In this document: positions 49,083 through 60,179 of the stretch, piece after piece
Numbering within the stretch: the stretch's first letter is position 1
Layout: each line of letters begins with the position of its first letter
Source of the DNA: Coniocarpon cinnabarinum
Lineage: Eukaryota
NCBI GenBank assembly: GCA_051942205.1
Contig: JAVECO010000056.1
Coordinates: 1-64,000 of the forward strand
Reading direction: 5' to 3'
DNA: 64,000 bases
The notes under the pieces: model-generated
Seen by the model: only the letters and a program-made list of their open reading frames with translations
Database searches by the model: none
Told to the model about the DNA's origin: nothing
Program-made: the position numbers and the translations under genes

Positions 49083-50606
49083 ATGCCTCGTCTTGAATCG
49101 ACTGCTCGAGCTCCGGGTGCTGCCACCAAAGGCTTGTTGCGCCAAGCTGCGGCCCATGACCCGTTGACAGAGGTTGATGAACATGAACAGCAACTCGCGG
49201 CAGAACGGCGACGCCAACGCTCTGGGGCAGCCATGCAATGGCATCTCCCACTCAATGATGGAGGCAGAGCTGCCACTGCTGGACGAGACGCGCTCTATGC
49301 GCGACGATCTTCTCCGAACAAACAAAGACAGGACAGGGGTTCAGATAGCGTACCTTTTGCGGGTAGGACTGATGCAGACGGCGGGCGGGGGGCGGAGGGA
49401 CCTGGTGATGAGCATCAGCAAATAACTTCCCCTCAGCTGTCCGCAGCTGAAACCGCTGAAAGCAGTAATCCAGATTCAAACTCCACGCTCACTGAGCGCG
49501 AACGAAGAAAGTTTCGGAGTCTTTTCGATAAACTTACCGGAGACAGCGGCGCGGGACGTGACTTCACTGTTGCGTCAAATGTCAGCAAAGACTCAAAGAA
49601 CGAAATGGACGCAATCGATCCGCGAGCACCAAAGACTTCCAATATCTTCAAGACACGACCCATCAGCGCCCGACCATGGCATCAATTGAGTGAGGCTTCT
49701 TTTCCAGCAGAGTTGAAAGCAATGGCGGCTCAAGCTCAGCGAGCGGTGGAGCGTCGACGTCAACTCGAAGCCGCTCAAGTGGACCAGAAAGTGAGTAGTA
49801 AGCAACTGTAGTTCCTTGCCGTGACAATGGTGCAGAGGATGGAAGTTCTTGCCGCCAATCCTTCCCTTCTTTGAGTGATGTGAACCAAGCTGACTCAAAA
49901 GGTGCAGGTAGTCGAAGAAAGTTGGGAGCCAGCGGTGCGCGAAGTCGAGCAAGAAATGCACCATGCTAGTACGGATGCAGAACTCTGGAGCGTCCTGCAC
50001 AATCGGGTGCTCGATCCTCTTCGCTCCATCGATGCAGAGATTGGCCGTCGTCCTATCAATGCCGGCGAAGAATTCCAATCCATTTCACAGCCATCAAATT
50101 CTCGGATGTCAACAGCCGAACCACACCCCATTGTTATGGGCTGTTCGACCCTCATCTCCCTAGCGATGCGGCTTTTGAGTCGAAGAACGATGTATTCGCA
50201 GTTTGCAGATTCGCTGTTGCCAACTATCAAATCCCATTGTTGGACAACCTCCGTTTTGGGCCCGAGCACGCAGCTCTACAATGAGCTTATTGGCTTCAAA
50301 TGGCGTGTTCGAAACGACGTCGCTGGTGTATCAGCACTGCTTTGGGAGATGAATCAAGCAGGCCTGGAGGCTGATCAGGAGACTCTTGCCACACTAGAAC
50401 AGGTGTGTCTATGGCTGACTCGCGCACGCAGAGGACAGTACGGCATCGCTCTGCAGCTGGTGGAGGATATGTTGGAGCGGCAGCGTGATGTCCGCGAAGT
50501 GATGGCGTGGCGAGATGAGATTAAGCGGCGGTTAGATGAAATAGCTGTGCGGTTGAGCCACAGAAAGGAACGGGAGCGCGAGCTAGGCCTTGAAGGAGCC
50601 TTCTGA
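49083..50606 (+). CDS. Mtf2-like mitochondrial protein; intron 49791-49901 (or -49907)
   Basis: LTERERRKFRSLF, FPAELKAMA, TDAELWSVL, VLGPSTQLYNELI..W, LLWEMNQAGLEAD..T. Confidence 0.75.
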
Positions 50607-50730
50607 GGAGGCGGTAAAGCTCAATCGTGAAAATACGTCGAAATAGACCGGCATATGTGAGTAATCCACCTCTTGCGGTCGTGTCTAAAGCTTCCTCTTT
50701 CCAAAGTGTTATTGGGATTCATACTTACCA

Positions 50731-51211
50731 CTAATCGATCTGTTCCCTGGCGTTCCATTCGGCCAGGGAGGGGCGCCAGACCGAGTGGATGTCCACCAGG
50801 TAGTCAGTGTGCATTTCGCACACCATCCTAGCCTGGCGGACCTCGGCCGGGAACTTCCACCCCCTGTCCCAAAGGAACGCCAGGCCCGATTGCACCCAGT
50901 CGAGGTACCCCAACCAGTACCTCATGTCGCGCTCATATAGAGCGCGGCCCCGACTCCATTCTCGGCGGAGACGCTGCACTTCCAGGCTCTGGCCCGGAAC
51001 GCTACCTAACATCAGCATCAATGCAAACCTCAAAAAGTGCTATTACTCACCCATTCCACCCCGTCAGTTCGTTGATCGTGGCCTTTTCAAGAAGGTCCAC
51101 GTGGTGGAACGCCCCCTCGTTCCAGTTGGCCCGCGTTTCGAGCAGGGCGGCGGCGACGATGGGAAGGGCGTGAAGCACCTTCGTGAGGTGCGCGTAGTCT
51201 GATTGGGCCAT
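50731..51211 (-). CDS. Hypothetical two-exon protein (~143 aa); intron 51002-51050
   Basis: A GTGAGT..GCTGAT..TAG intron joins two ORFs in frame (..TGWNG|VPGQSLEVQ..). Confidence 0.6.
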
Positions 51212-51868
51212 TATGGCCACTTCACGACTATAACAAGCTATTAGTCGGCCAATTGGCTGCGCAGTAAGGGTACGTACAAGATGGTGATGATGCTGTTGTT
51301 GAGAAGGTAAAGCAGAGCGAGAACACGTCAAAAGTAAGAATTTTCACCCCGCCAATTTCCGTGATCTTGCCTAGCAACGCGTAACTCCGTGTAAACAGGC
51401 ATCGTTTCATTACTTTTGTTGATATACACCTCATATACCTGTTTCCGCCCCCTCTGACTGTCCTGTTCTCGAAAGATTGCACGCTTGTTGGATGCTCCCC
51501 CGTCTCCTAGCGATTCATATTTCGTTGTGAGAAGATGTGGCGCGTTTCACTCTGTATTTGGGGCAGTTTTGAGGTCCTTAACGACGTTCTATAGCTCAAC
51601 ATTGTACTATTACACGTCCGCGACATTGAACGGCAAAGCAGTTTTCTCGACGTCCAGCTTCTCAAAAAGCTTTATGCGGCGTTGCTGACTTCTTGTGCTT
51701 CCTTATGAGTGCTCTTTCGCATCAAATGAGGCTGCATTACGGCATTATATTGAGATTCGGGTGTACAGTAAGCTTTTGGTGTGAAATGTGCACATTATTT
51801 TCATATACATCCAATTCGCCGCGACGCCATACGCCGTTCTCGTCTATATTTTGGTATTCGGGTGCTCC

Positions 51869-52942
51869 TCACTGAGGACAATTCACGTCCCATACCATTA
51901 ATCGCTCGTCCCATCCCGTAGTGGCCACCCACCCCTGCTTTCCAAACAAGCTCCAGTCCGCACCCGTAACGAATTCAGTGTGCGCATTGTACCTCGTTGC
52001 CTCCCTGCCTCCTCCGTACGTGTACATTCCGTTAGCCAGCTTCCTGAACTCGTGCTCTGGAGGTGCAGAGCCGGGCGGGCCTGTGTAGGATCCGTCTGTC
52101 CACACGCGGGCGGTCATGTCGTAAGAGCCGCTGACAAGCACGTCTGATAGATGAGGAGACCAGCTAACTCGCCGCACTGCGTATTCGTGTCCAGGCAGGA
52201 TTGCGAGAGGGCCTTTTGGATTTCGAGTGTCAAAAGTGCGCACGTATCGATCTGTACTGCCCGTTGCAATGACGGTACTGCGGTATTTGTTCCAGTCGTG
52301 CGTCAGCACCTCGTTTGGTGCGAATGGCATTGTTGGTGCCATGCCAGGTAGCGCAGGAGGCGTGAGATGATTCTCCATGGACAGGACAAGGTGATTCTGT
52401 GCGGACGCTGGGACACGAAGGTCAAAGAGCCGGATCATTGAGTCGGAGGAGACAGCGCTGACAATTCCGTTGTCATGGGGAGACCATTGGGCGCTGTATG
52501 TACAGGATGCAACGGGGAGAACGGTAATCGATTGATCCCGGCCAGGGATATAGATCCTGACGCTGCCGTCCCAGGATGAGCTGAGGAACGTGTCCTTCCC
52601 TGTTAGGTTCCAGTGAACGGAATAGACTTCACGATGATGCTCAGACCATTGTGCAACGGGAAATTGGTCGACGTTTGCGTCGAAGAGCTTGACCGTGCCG
52701 TCACCAGAAGCTGTTAGTAGCTGATCACCGTGTATCTCGGACCAGGCAACATCGTAGAGAGCGTCACGGGTGTCAAAGACTTTGCTGGCACGGATGCCCT
52801 GGGGACCGAGGCCCAAGACGTAGAGACGGCCGTTGCCGACGAGGCCGTAGTACTGAGAAGTGGCGAGTGCGAGACGATCATCGAAGAAGGGTGACCACTT
52901 GACACTGAAGCCCTTAAAGCCCGGAGTATTGAACGCTAGCAT
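51869..52942 (-). CDS. PEX7: Peroxisomal PTS2 receptor Pex7 (WD40)
   Basis: GFSVKWSPFFDDRLA..YYGLVGNGRL, LTHDWNKY, HEYAVRRVSWSPH, HTEFV.GADW. Confidence 0.96.
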   Translation of the reverse strand: MLAFNTPGFKGFSVKWSPFFDDRLALATSQYYGLVGNGRLYVLGLGPQGIRASKVFDTRDALYDVAWSEIHGDQLLTASGDGTVKLFDANVDQFPVAQWSEHHREVYSVHWNLTGKDTFLSSSWDGSVRIYIPGRDQSITVLPVASCTYSAQWSPHDNGIVSAVSSDSMIRLFDLRVPASAQNHLVLSMENHLTPPALPGMAPTMPFAPNEVLTHDWNKYRSTVIATGSTDRYVRTFDTRNPKGPLAILPGHEYAVRRVSWSPHLSDVLVSGSYDMTARVWTDGSYTGPPGSAPPEHEFRKLANGMYTYGGGREATRYNAHTEFVTGADWSLFGKQGWVATTGWDERLMVWDVNCPQ

Positions 52943-53200
52943 TCTGATCTCCTTGCCATGTCCTTCAGCCTCTCTCGTGGGCCTTCATCTCAAGGTTGAT
53001 ATGGGGCGGCGACCGTGGGAGTGTGTCTCAGGCAAAGACGCGTATACTGAGCTGCCTAAAGTAGAAAATGCTCCCTCCTATACAGTTTACTTATGTCTTG
53101 ACAGGGTGTACTCACAACTGCTTTGCTGCAGCAACAAAGGATGCGTGCCGAAGAATGTCGAAGACTGACCATCGCCTGTGACGTCTGTTCAAGATTGCTT

Positions 53201-54796
53201 CTATATCCAAAGCGCAAGTTTGCCGCTTGCAGTCCCGCCAGCTATCCAATCTTGGCTGTCATGGAAGCAGGCTACAGCAGGGACTGCCGTGATCCCATCA
53301 CCACCAAGTTGTGCTAACTGCTCCCCAGTTCCTGCGTAAACATCTACAAAACGGTTCATGTTACCAATGACGAACTTCTGCGGGCCAGATTGAGGTGTAG
53401 CTTGCCAATACGGACGTAGGATCGTGACCCATCGCCCTGTCTGGTTGTTGTGTGGAATGACCGTAGCAGGCTTAAACTTGCCTTCACCCAAGGCTTTACC
53501 AGCGGGCATCGCAGAGGGCTCTCCAGTGCCCGGAAGATCATGAATCTTGATTGTGTCGTCATACGATGAAGTTGCAATCTGGCCAGCGGCATTGAACGCA
53601 GCATGGGATACTGAAAGTTTGGAGTCGTGTTCGGCAAGCAGCGCCGGCAGTCGATTCTCCCCTTTCCCAGATATCTTGCGCAAATCCCAAAGTTTCAACG
53701 TTCGATCCAGCGACGCCGTTGCTAAGAGATGTGGATGCAGTGGATGGACTGAGAAACCGCCAATTTTCTTGTCAGATAGTTGCATGAGCTGTGTCGCCTC
53801 GGATTTTGAAGCCCTCGTGTCATGAATACCGAAAGAGCCGTGTAGCGACGTAAAGTAGAGCAGTTGAGGAGAAGGAATGGGTATCGATATGCCGGATAGA
53901 GGGTCGTCGATGTCGTTAGACTCTGGACCGTACGCTTCGACCGCGACCTGTTTGTTAAGATCCAGTTTTCTTATTGAGCTGTCGTAGGATGCTGTGTAGA
54001 GAGCTTCGGGCTGAGACGGCGTGAAGTGAATAGAGGAAATGGTGCGAGTATGTATCTTGAATGTCGTGATATCAGGCGTGCTATGGTCGTTGAGCTCCTC
54101 CTCGCCATCATCGTCTTCCTCCTTGACGTCTCGCGAGATCTCCTGGCTCCCGTCGAACAGCCCTAGGTTGCCCAATTTGTCGCCGGCAAACACGAGAGGC
54201 TTGGCAGAAGTTGGATGGAAGCCCATTGCGTATATTCGCTCGGGCGTGATCTTGATGCGTGCCGGCTCCACGTCCTCCCATAGAGACAAATTCGACATCT
54301 TCTCGCGCATCTCACGAAGCTCCTTGTCTGGCGTATTCTTGATGTCGTCCTCATCAAAGGTCCTCTCATACGGATTCGCAGGCCGTACGTCGCGGAGGAA
54401 GTTGCCACTTTTGTTCCACTCCTTGCCAGCCACGACGATATCCCCTAGCTCTAGATCATCACTCCTGCGCATGCGCTTGATGCGATTCTGCTCCTCGATC
54501 ACTTGCCGATCCTCTTCTGCTTTGCGCTTCGCGACCTCGCTGTCTGCGACAATACCCTGCAAGCGCGAGGATGTTCGCCGCGGCTGCACATCCTCTTCCT
54601 TGACCCTTCTCGGCGCAGGCTTCTTCTTCGGTGCGCTCTGCGTTCCTGTCGCGTTCTTCGGTTTTGACTTGGGAGCAATACCAGCAGACGCGGCATTGAG
54701 TTGGAGTTCTTTCAGAAGCGCTTGATTCTTGGCAATGTTAGCTTGCCGTTGCGATTCGTAATCAGATACTGCGTTGGCAGTCTTGCGAGGAGGCAT
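53201..54796 (-). CDS. CMR1: DNA damage-binding WD40 protein Cmr1 (WDR76)
   Basis: YESQRQANIAKN, IKITPERIY, AGDKLGNLG, HNNQTGRWVTILRP, GGTASGK. Confidence 0.95.
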   Translation of the reverse strand: MPPRKTANAVSDYESQRQANIAKNQALLKELQLNAASAGIAPKSKPKNATGTQSAPKKKPAPRRVKEEDVQPRRTSSRLQGIVADSEVAKRKAEEDRQVIEEQNRIKRMRRSDDLELGDIVVAGKEWNKSGNFLRDVRPANPYERTFDEDDIKNTPDKELREMREKMSNLSLWEDVEPARIKITPERIYAMGFHPTSAKPLVFAGDKLGNLGLFDGSQEISRDVKEEDDDGEEELNDHSTPDITTFKIHTRTISSIHFTPSQPEALYTASYDSSIRKLDLNKQVAVEAYGPESNDIDDPLSGISIPIPSPQLLYFTSLHGSFGIHDTRASKSEATQLMQLSDKKIGGFSVHPLHPHLLATASLDRTLKLWDLRKISGKGENRLPALLAEHDSKLSVSHAAFNAAGQIATSSYDDTIKIHDLPGTGEPSAMPAGKALGEGKFKPATVIPHNNQTGRWVTILRPYWQATPQSGPQKFVIGNMNRFVDVYAGTGEQLAQLGGDGITAVPAVACFHDSQDWIAGGTASGKLALWI

Positions 54797-55128
54797 GATT
54801 TATCTGCCTTCTTGCAGCGATGCAGGGATGCAATCGCCAATGGCTGGCCTGGCGACAAGGAGGACGCGTCGGGCGCGTACTTAGATGCGCGTCAGTGAGA
54901 TTGTCGCCTGATATCTAAGGTGCTCAGATCCTCTCGAGCCCCTATTCTCACACAAGTTGCGATCCTTCATCACACACGGGCAGCAAGCCTATGCGAAGAG
55001 AATGAACAGGGCAATGCATTTATTGCCTGACGTTCGCGGACTTTTGGGTGATTCATGACGTTGCCCTCGGTGTATGCTTCAGCTCGGCAACTCGAGACGG
55101 CCTGAGGCGCTGAGCGTGGTCCTTCTCT

Positions 55129-56777
55129 TCAAGTATGCGCACTGTCATAAGCAATGCCAGTCTGGCTTTTACACACTTCTGAACGGTTCCCGCAATGGCT
55201 ATCCTTGTCGCGAGACGGCTCCGAGCTTTCACATAGCGACCGCTGATGCTGGCGCCACCACGTTGGCTCGCCATCGTCATTAAACCTTGCCCACTCGAAG
55301 TACGAGCATCTGTGTCGTGGTCAGCACGCGGTACATTAACAGGCAAAAGATGGAGACTTGCCCTTTTCCACCAGGTGTGTAGCCAGTATGACACATCCAC
55401 ATGTACTTTCCTCGATTCTCTTCCTTTTTCTGAACACAACGTAGTACTGCCTGGACACCGCACCGACATTTGGGCGTGTGTTCGGGGGCAAAGCACTCTC
55501 GATAGCAACGGTAGGTAATATTAATGCGTTTATTCTCGGCAATGGGATGAGGATCAATAGATTGAGCTGGGCTGATCGAATGTTTCCACTCCTGAAATGA
55601 CGAGTGAGCATGTCATGTAGAAACCAAGGGCACCAGTGAACCAACTTCTTGCATTTCTGCGTGCATCACCAACAGTGAGTTGTGTGGCAGATGGATTGAT
55701 ATTTGGCCTTCGATATCCGCTCGATCATCGTTTGCCCTCTGGGCGTCTTCGTCACTTGGATCATACTTGGTTTTGCGAGGGACCACTCTTCTATAAGCTT
55801 CACTAGTCAGCAAACCGTCTGAACTGAATTTTGATGTGAAGCAGCAATAGCAGAGCTTGATGCCCTGAGAGTTCTTGGGAGTCGAAATGGCAGGGAAGCG
55901 TGGCAACCCACCTCACTCGAAATTCTCTTGCCACACCCAAGCTGATACTACCAATGACGGGGCGAGGACCGAGATATGTCAACTGATCACTGTGCCACCC
56001 GACACTCTCTTTTCCACCATCATAGCAATTGACAAATGAGGTGTTCGGCTTCCAGTCCTCAGACGACTGGAAACGAAGCTTCTGACTGTCGGGATACCGA
56101 AACTCGATGCGCCGCTTGATCTCGTCGTTAACGGTCTTCTCAACAATGGTCGACACTTTCCGCATGCATGGCAGAGTCTTGCGGACATCGCGGATATTCG
56201 AGCCGTTGTAGACATATTGTGCCTTCTGCTTCTCAGCGTCGTCCAAGTCGTCCACGTAGAAGCAGATGGTGTGAGGCGACTCCACAGTATTGTCGAAGAG
56301 CATGAATTTGTCACGACCGTACGTAGGTGCTTCGTGCAGCATCTCCCGGAGGAGTTCATCAGCTAGGTCGCGCTCCAGGAAGTTGTGGATGATGGAGCAC
56401 GGCGTGTGGGAAGCTACATCCTCCGGGGCGTACAGGTGGAGGGTCCGACCTTTCTTGGTGAACTTTCTGGGACTGCTTGGTGTCGCTATGTGACTGCCAG
56501 TGAACGTTGCCAGAGAGGACTGGTATCCTTGCACTTTCAAGGGTTTCTTGTGGGGCGAGTTGGAGTCAGATGACCTTGAAGTCTTCCTCAAGGACCGACT
56601 TGCAGCTTCGACATCTCCATTTTCAGCCAGCAGGGCTTCAAGCAGCGTGTCAGTGTCGCTTTCAATGAACAGCGATGCTAGGATGGCAAGCTTCTCCTCT
56701 GTCGATACTTCTTCATCGTCAGTAGCCTTGCTCTTTGCACCGTTCGGTCTCTTCACTCCGGTGTGAGACCTTTTCAT
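55129..56777 (-). CDS. CUE-like + AlkB-family 2OG-Fe(II) dioxygenase + GRF zinc finger protein; introns 55791-55911, 55592-55645, 55310-55361 (GC-AG)
   Basis: KLAILASL..LLEALL, VNCYDGGKESVGWHSD, SISLGVAREFR, EEWKHSI..RINITYR, C.CG..MWMC..GCSYFEWA after splicing. Confidence 0.88.
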
Positions 56778-57295
56778 TGTCGGCGTCGCATTGCAGGCAA
56801 GCGGCTGGGGAGCTTGCCATGTCCACCGGCAAACGTGACTCGTCTGCTCAGTCTTGTCGGAAGCGCCATGACGCCGCCGTTGCGTGTCAAAGCCGGCTAT
56901 TGGTGATATCCGGAGCAATACCGATAACTGCTCGATAAAAATCGCAGTGGTGACGCTTAATGCAGGGGACCGTCCAGGCCCTAAATTAGGGGCCGCCGAT
57001 GCCAACGGACAGCTACTATGGCGTCCCACGACCCCGGTCAGTATTTGCTGGGCGCAAACTTTATTGTCTCTTCAGCCTGGCGTCGACCTCTCGAGTGGAT
57101 GCATGATCACACTAAGCTTGAGGAAAAGACTTCCTCGACCACAAGACTAATTTCTGAGCGTGTCCCGCTTGCCAGAAAAATCTGGCTTGTAGTAGCCATC
57201 GAAAGAACTCCCGCGAGATTCCAAGACGACTGGCATTACCTTGAGCCTTTCCATTCGCTGCCTCAGTGAGCTCAGAGAGCAGCTGTCGACTCGGA

Positions 57296-58650
57296 ATGCC
57301 AAACATTCATGGCCAGGCCAGTGAGGGTGCCGCCGGGCCACGTCCACCGCCGCAGAACCCCTCAAAGCCCACAAATGTAGATGAACTATTGACAGAGCTC
57401 AATCGACTTCCAATCTTTATGACCTCGCTTGACGAGACTGACGGCCAAGGCGGCTCCAACGTTCAGCTCGAGGCTTTGAAAGCTCTGCAGTATGAGGGCT
57501 CCAAATTCGAGATCGCTAACAACTTTAGAGAGCAAGGGAATGATTGCGCCCGGCAGAAGAATTGGCAGGACGCGAAGGAGTTCTACACTCAAGCTTTGGA
57601 CGCTCTCCGCGGTCAGACAAACAAACCCGCTGACTCTAGTGCAGCAAAACCCGACGACGGATCGCTGAAGCAGAGGCTTGAAGAAGACGCAGGCCCCCGA
57701 GAAGTTGATTGGTTGGATCAAGCAGACAGAGACGGAGACGACAGTTCCAAGGTCGTAGATTTAGAGGAGGATGATCGAAAGGAGAAGGAATGTGAAGATA
57801 TTTGCTGCGCCAATCGTGCCTTGTGTCATCTCGAACTCCGTACGTCTAGACTTTTGCCAGATCTACTCCCGTGCCATGTCCAGAGTTCACGGCTAATTTG
57901 AACCGTTTAGAGAATTATGGATCCGCTGTCAGAGACTGTACTCGTGCGCTTGCAATTAATCCGAAAAATTCAAAAGCACTGTATCGCTCCGCTCAAGCCC
58001 TCCTAGCCCTTGACAAGACCGCTCCAGCTCTTTCAGCACTTGCAATTGGGCTTAGAAATGCCAAGCGGAAAAACGACAAAACTTCAACAGCTTCGTTCGA
58101 GGCACTCCTTATCAAAACTGAACAAAAAGCGCGCCACCTTGAGGATGCACTTCGCCAAAGAACGGACAGAGAAAATCGTCAACGCCTCGAGCAGCTGCGT
58201 CTCCAACAGGCATTGAAGCACCGTGGTATCGTCGTCAAAAGGGGTGAGGGGCAGCCGCCAGATCTCGAAGATGCCAAAGTGGCCCTGGTCGACACAACAG
58301 AATCCCAAAGCGAGCTGAGGACGCCTGTGCTCCTGCTGTATCCCACAGCCGGACAAAGTGAGCTTGTGAAAGAGATGCGGGAGAGTGCAACATTGGGAGA
58401 CCTGTTGGCCATGATCTTGCCGGTGCCGTTCGAGAGCTCCGAGTTCGGGGGACCAGATGGGGCGCAAGTGGACTGCTTCGTAGAAACAGGAGCTGGAGGA
58501 TTGAGAAAGGTGGGCAAAAGGGTGGAGTGGCGTAAGGTCATTGAGAATGGAGGAGCTGTGCTGAGAGATGGATTAATCACTGTGCACGTTCTGCCCAAAG
58601 GGAAGGTCGAGGGGTGGATCTCGGAGTGGAAGAAGAGAAATGGGAGGTAG
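57296..58650 (+). CDS. CNS1: Hsp70/Hsp90 TPR co-chaperone Cns1 (TTC4); intron 57840-57910
   Basis: LNRLPIFMTSL, LEALKALQYEG..ANNFREQGND, NRALCHLELQNYGS..DC, PVLLLYP. Confidence 0.94.
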
Positions 58651-58859
58651 GAGCTCTTGAGATACGTCGATGCCATACCAAACTGAACTTGACCCGACAA
58701 CAAAGGACATAACATCTTGAAGCAGGAGCGTCAATCCCACGTTGTGGCCACCAAGCTTGAATACTTAATGACGATTCTGGGGACCTGAGCCAAAATGCAG
58801 AAGCAAGAGTAGACATCAGGGTACTGGGGTAATCGGATGGGGAGACGGATAACTTTGTC

Positions 58860-59420
58860 AACAAGATGAATATATCATACATGTGAATCACAGCACACGT
58901 ATTGCGATATTCCCATTAAATATCAGTGTGTAATCGAGAATCCGCTATCAATGGCGATCATGAGGAGGAAATGATACACACTAGATAGCTCTATTTGGAT
59001 GCAGTCAAGGACGCCCTTTTCAACAAAACGTGTGCGGGATGCATGCAATTTACAGCACAACTATTGCAGTATTTCGACCAGAATGTAGTCCGTAGTAGAG
59101 TATTCGCTATCATTGGCCAATATCCGGCGGAACTGGTACATAATGGATTACTCTTCGCATCCAATAGAGTGAAGCATGACTATGTCAACAAAATTTCGCG
59201 GTTGATGCACGGAAAGATCAGCACAGCTGTCGCCCTTCTGGCCACAATAATTCAATACGTAACAAGCATCGTCCAAATAATGAGGAGAATATGGTGGCAT
59301 TGGTAGGTATCAAACTACTCGCAGACTCCAACATGAATCAGACGTTAGGCATGATTGAATCAGCCCAAATGTCAAGTCATTGGCAAGAATATGCAGGAAT
59401 TGATGTGGATACTCGGAGAA
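58860..59420. repeat. Degenerate ~162-bp tandem repeat, 3-4 copies
   Basis: CAGCACA at 58891, 59053, 59219; CGCTATCA at 58943 and 59105; similar downstream blocks. Confidence 0.6.
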
Positions 59421-59757
59421 AACATGATTTCATAGAGGAATTCATATACATGAGGCTGCTAACACAATTGGAGACGGTGTGGCAATAGCTTCCAGAGGGA
59501 GACGCGTGCTTGTCAACAACAACACAATCACCAAGCCGCCACCGTAAACTTTTGAGCATACTACACACATACTAGAAGACAACGCGAACATGAGCAAGCA
59601 TGCATAGATACTAGACTACACGTAAAGCTCAATAGCGTAAGACACAATTGAAACGACAAGCCGCTTGCTTCATACATGACACATAATGGGATCTGCTACG
59701 ATATTACTTTCTTCCTCAAAAGCCGGTGACGAGCACCAACCATTCAAAGAAAAAGAA

Positions 59758-59858
59758 CAGCGAGTGCGCGGACAAAGCCCACTCGAATGCCATCAAAAAT
59801 TATGCGGACTGTAGCCCGTGGGAGCTTCGTGATCCTCCCACGCCATGCCGCTAATGGT
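59758..59858 (-). ncRNA. Mini U1-like snRNA (U1-70K loop + Sm site + 3' stem-loop; no SL2/SL3, no ACTTAC)
   Basis: GTGGGAG-GATCACGAAG-CTCCCAC hairpin; ATAATTTTTG Sm site; GTGGGC-TTT-GTCCGC hairpin; upstream CT tract. Confidence 0.7.
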
Positions 59859-60179
59859 GGAGAAGAAAAAAAGAAAATAAGGAAGACAAAGAGCGAGAGA
59901 GCGTAAAACATTCGAGCGACCTGCCTCACGGTTGATCCGGGAAACAGCGCTAGTCCTTTCTCGCCACACATGTCGCGAATCACCTTGACAACACCTCTGA
60001 ATCTCGCAATTCTATTGGCTCGGGAGATTGCGCCATCGTCGATGCTTGCAGCACGTGTTTGCCCTTCTGAGCTGCTGCTGCCTGCGTGGAATGATCTAGA
60101 CTAGCGCCGAATGCCCAGTTGAATTTCTATAAGAGACTTTCCACCTGCTCTTCTTCCTCTCTTTCTTTTCTTTCTCTTC

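Noticed and set aside
59758..59858. Spliced-leader RNA interpretation
   Set aside because: No convincing donor in a 5' hairpin, and the exact U1-70K loop points to a U1 origin
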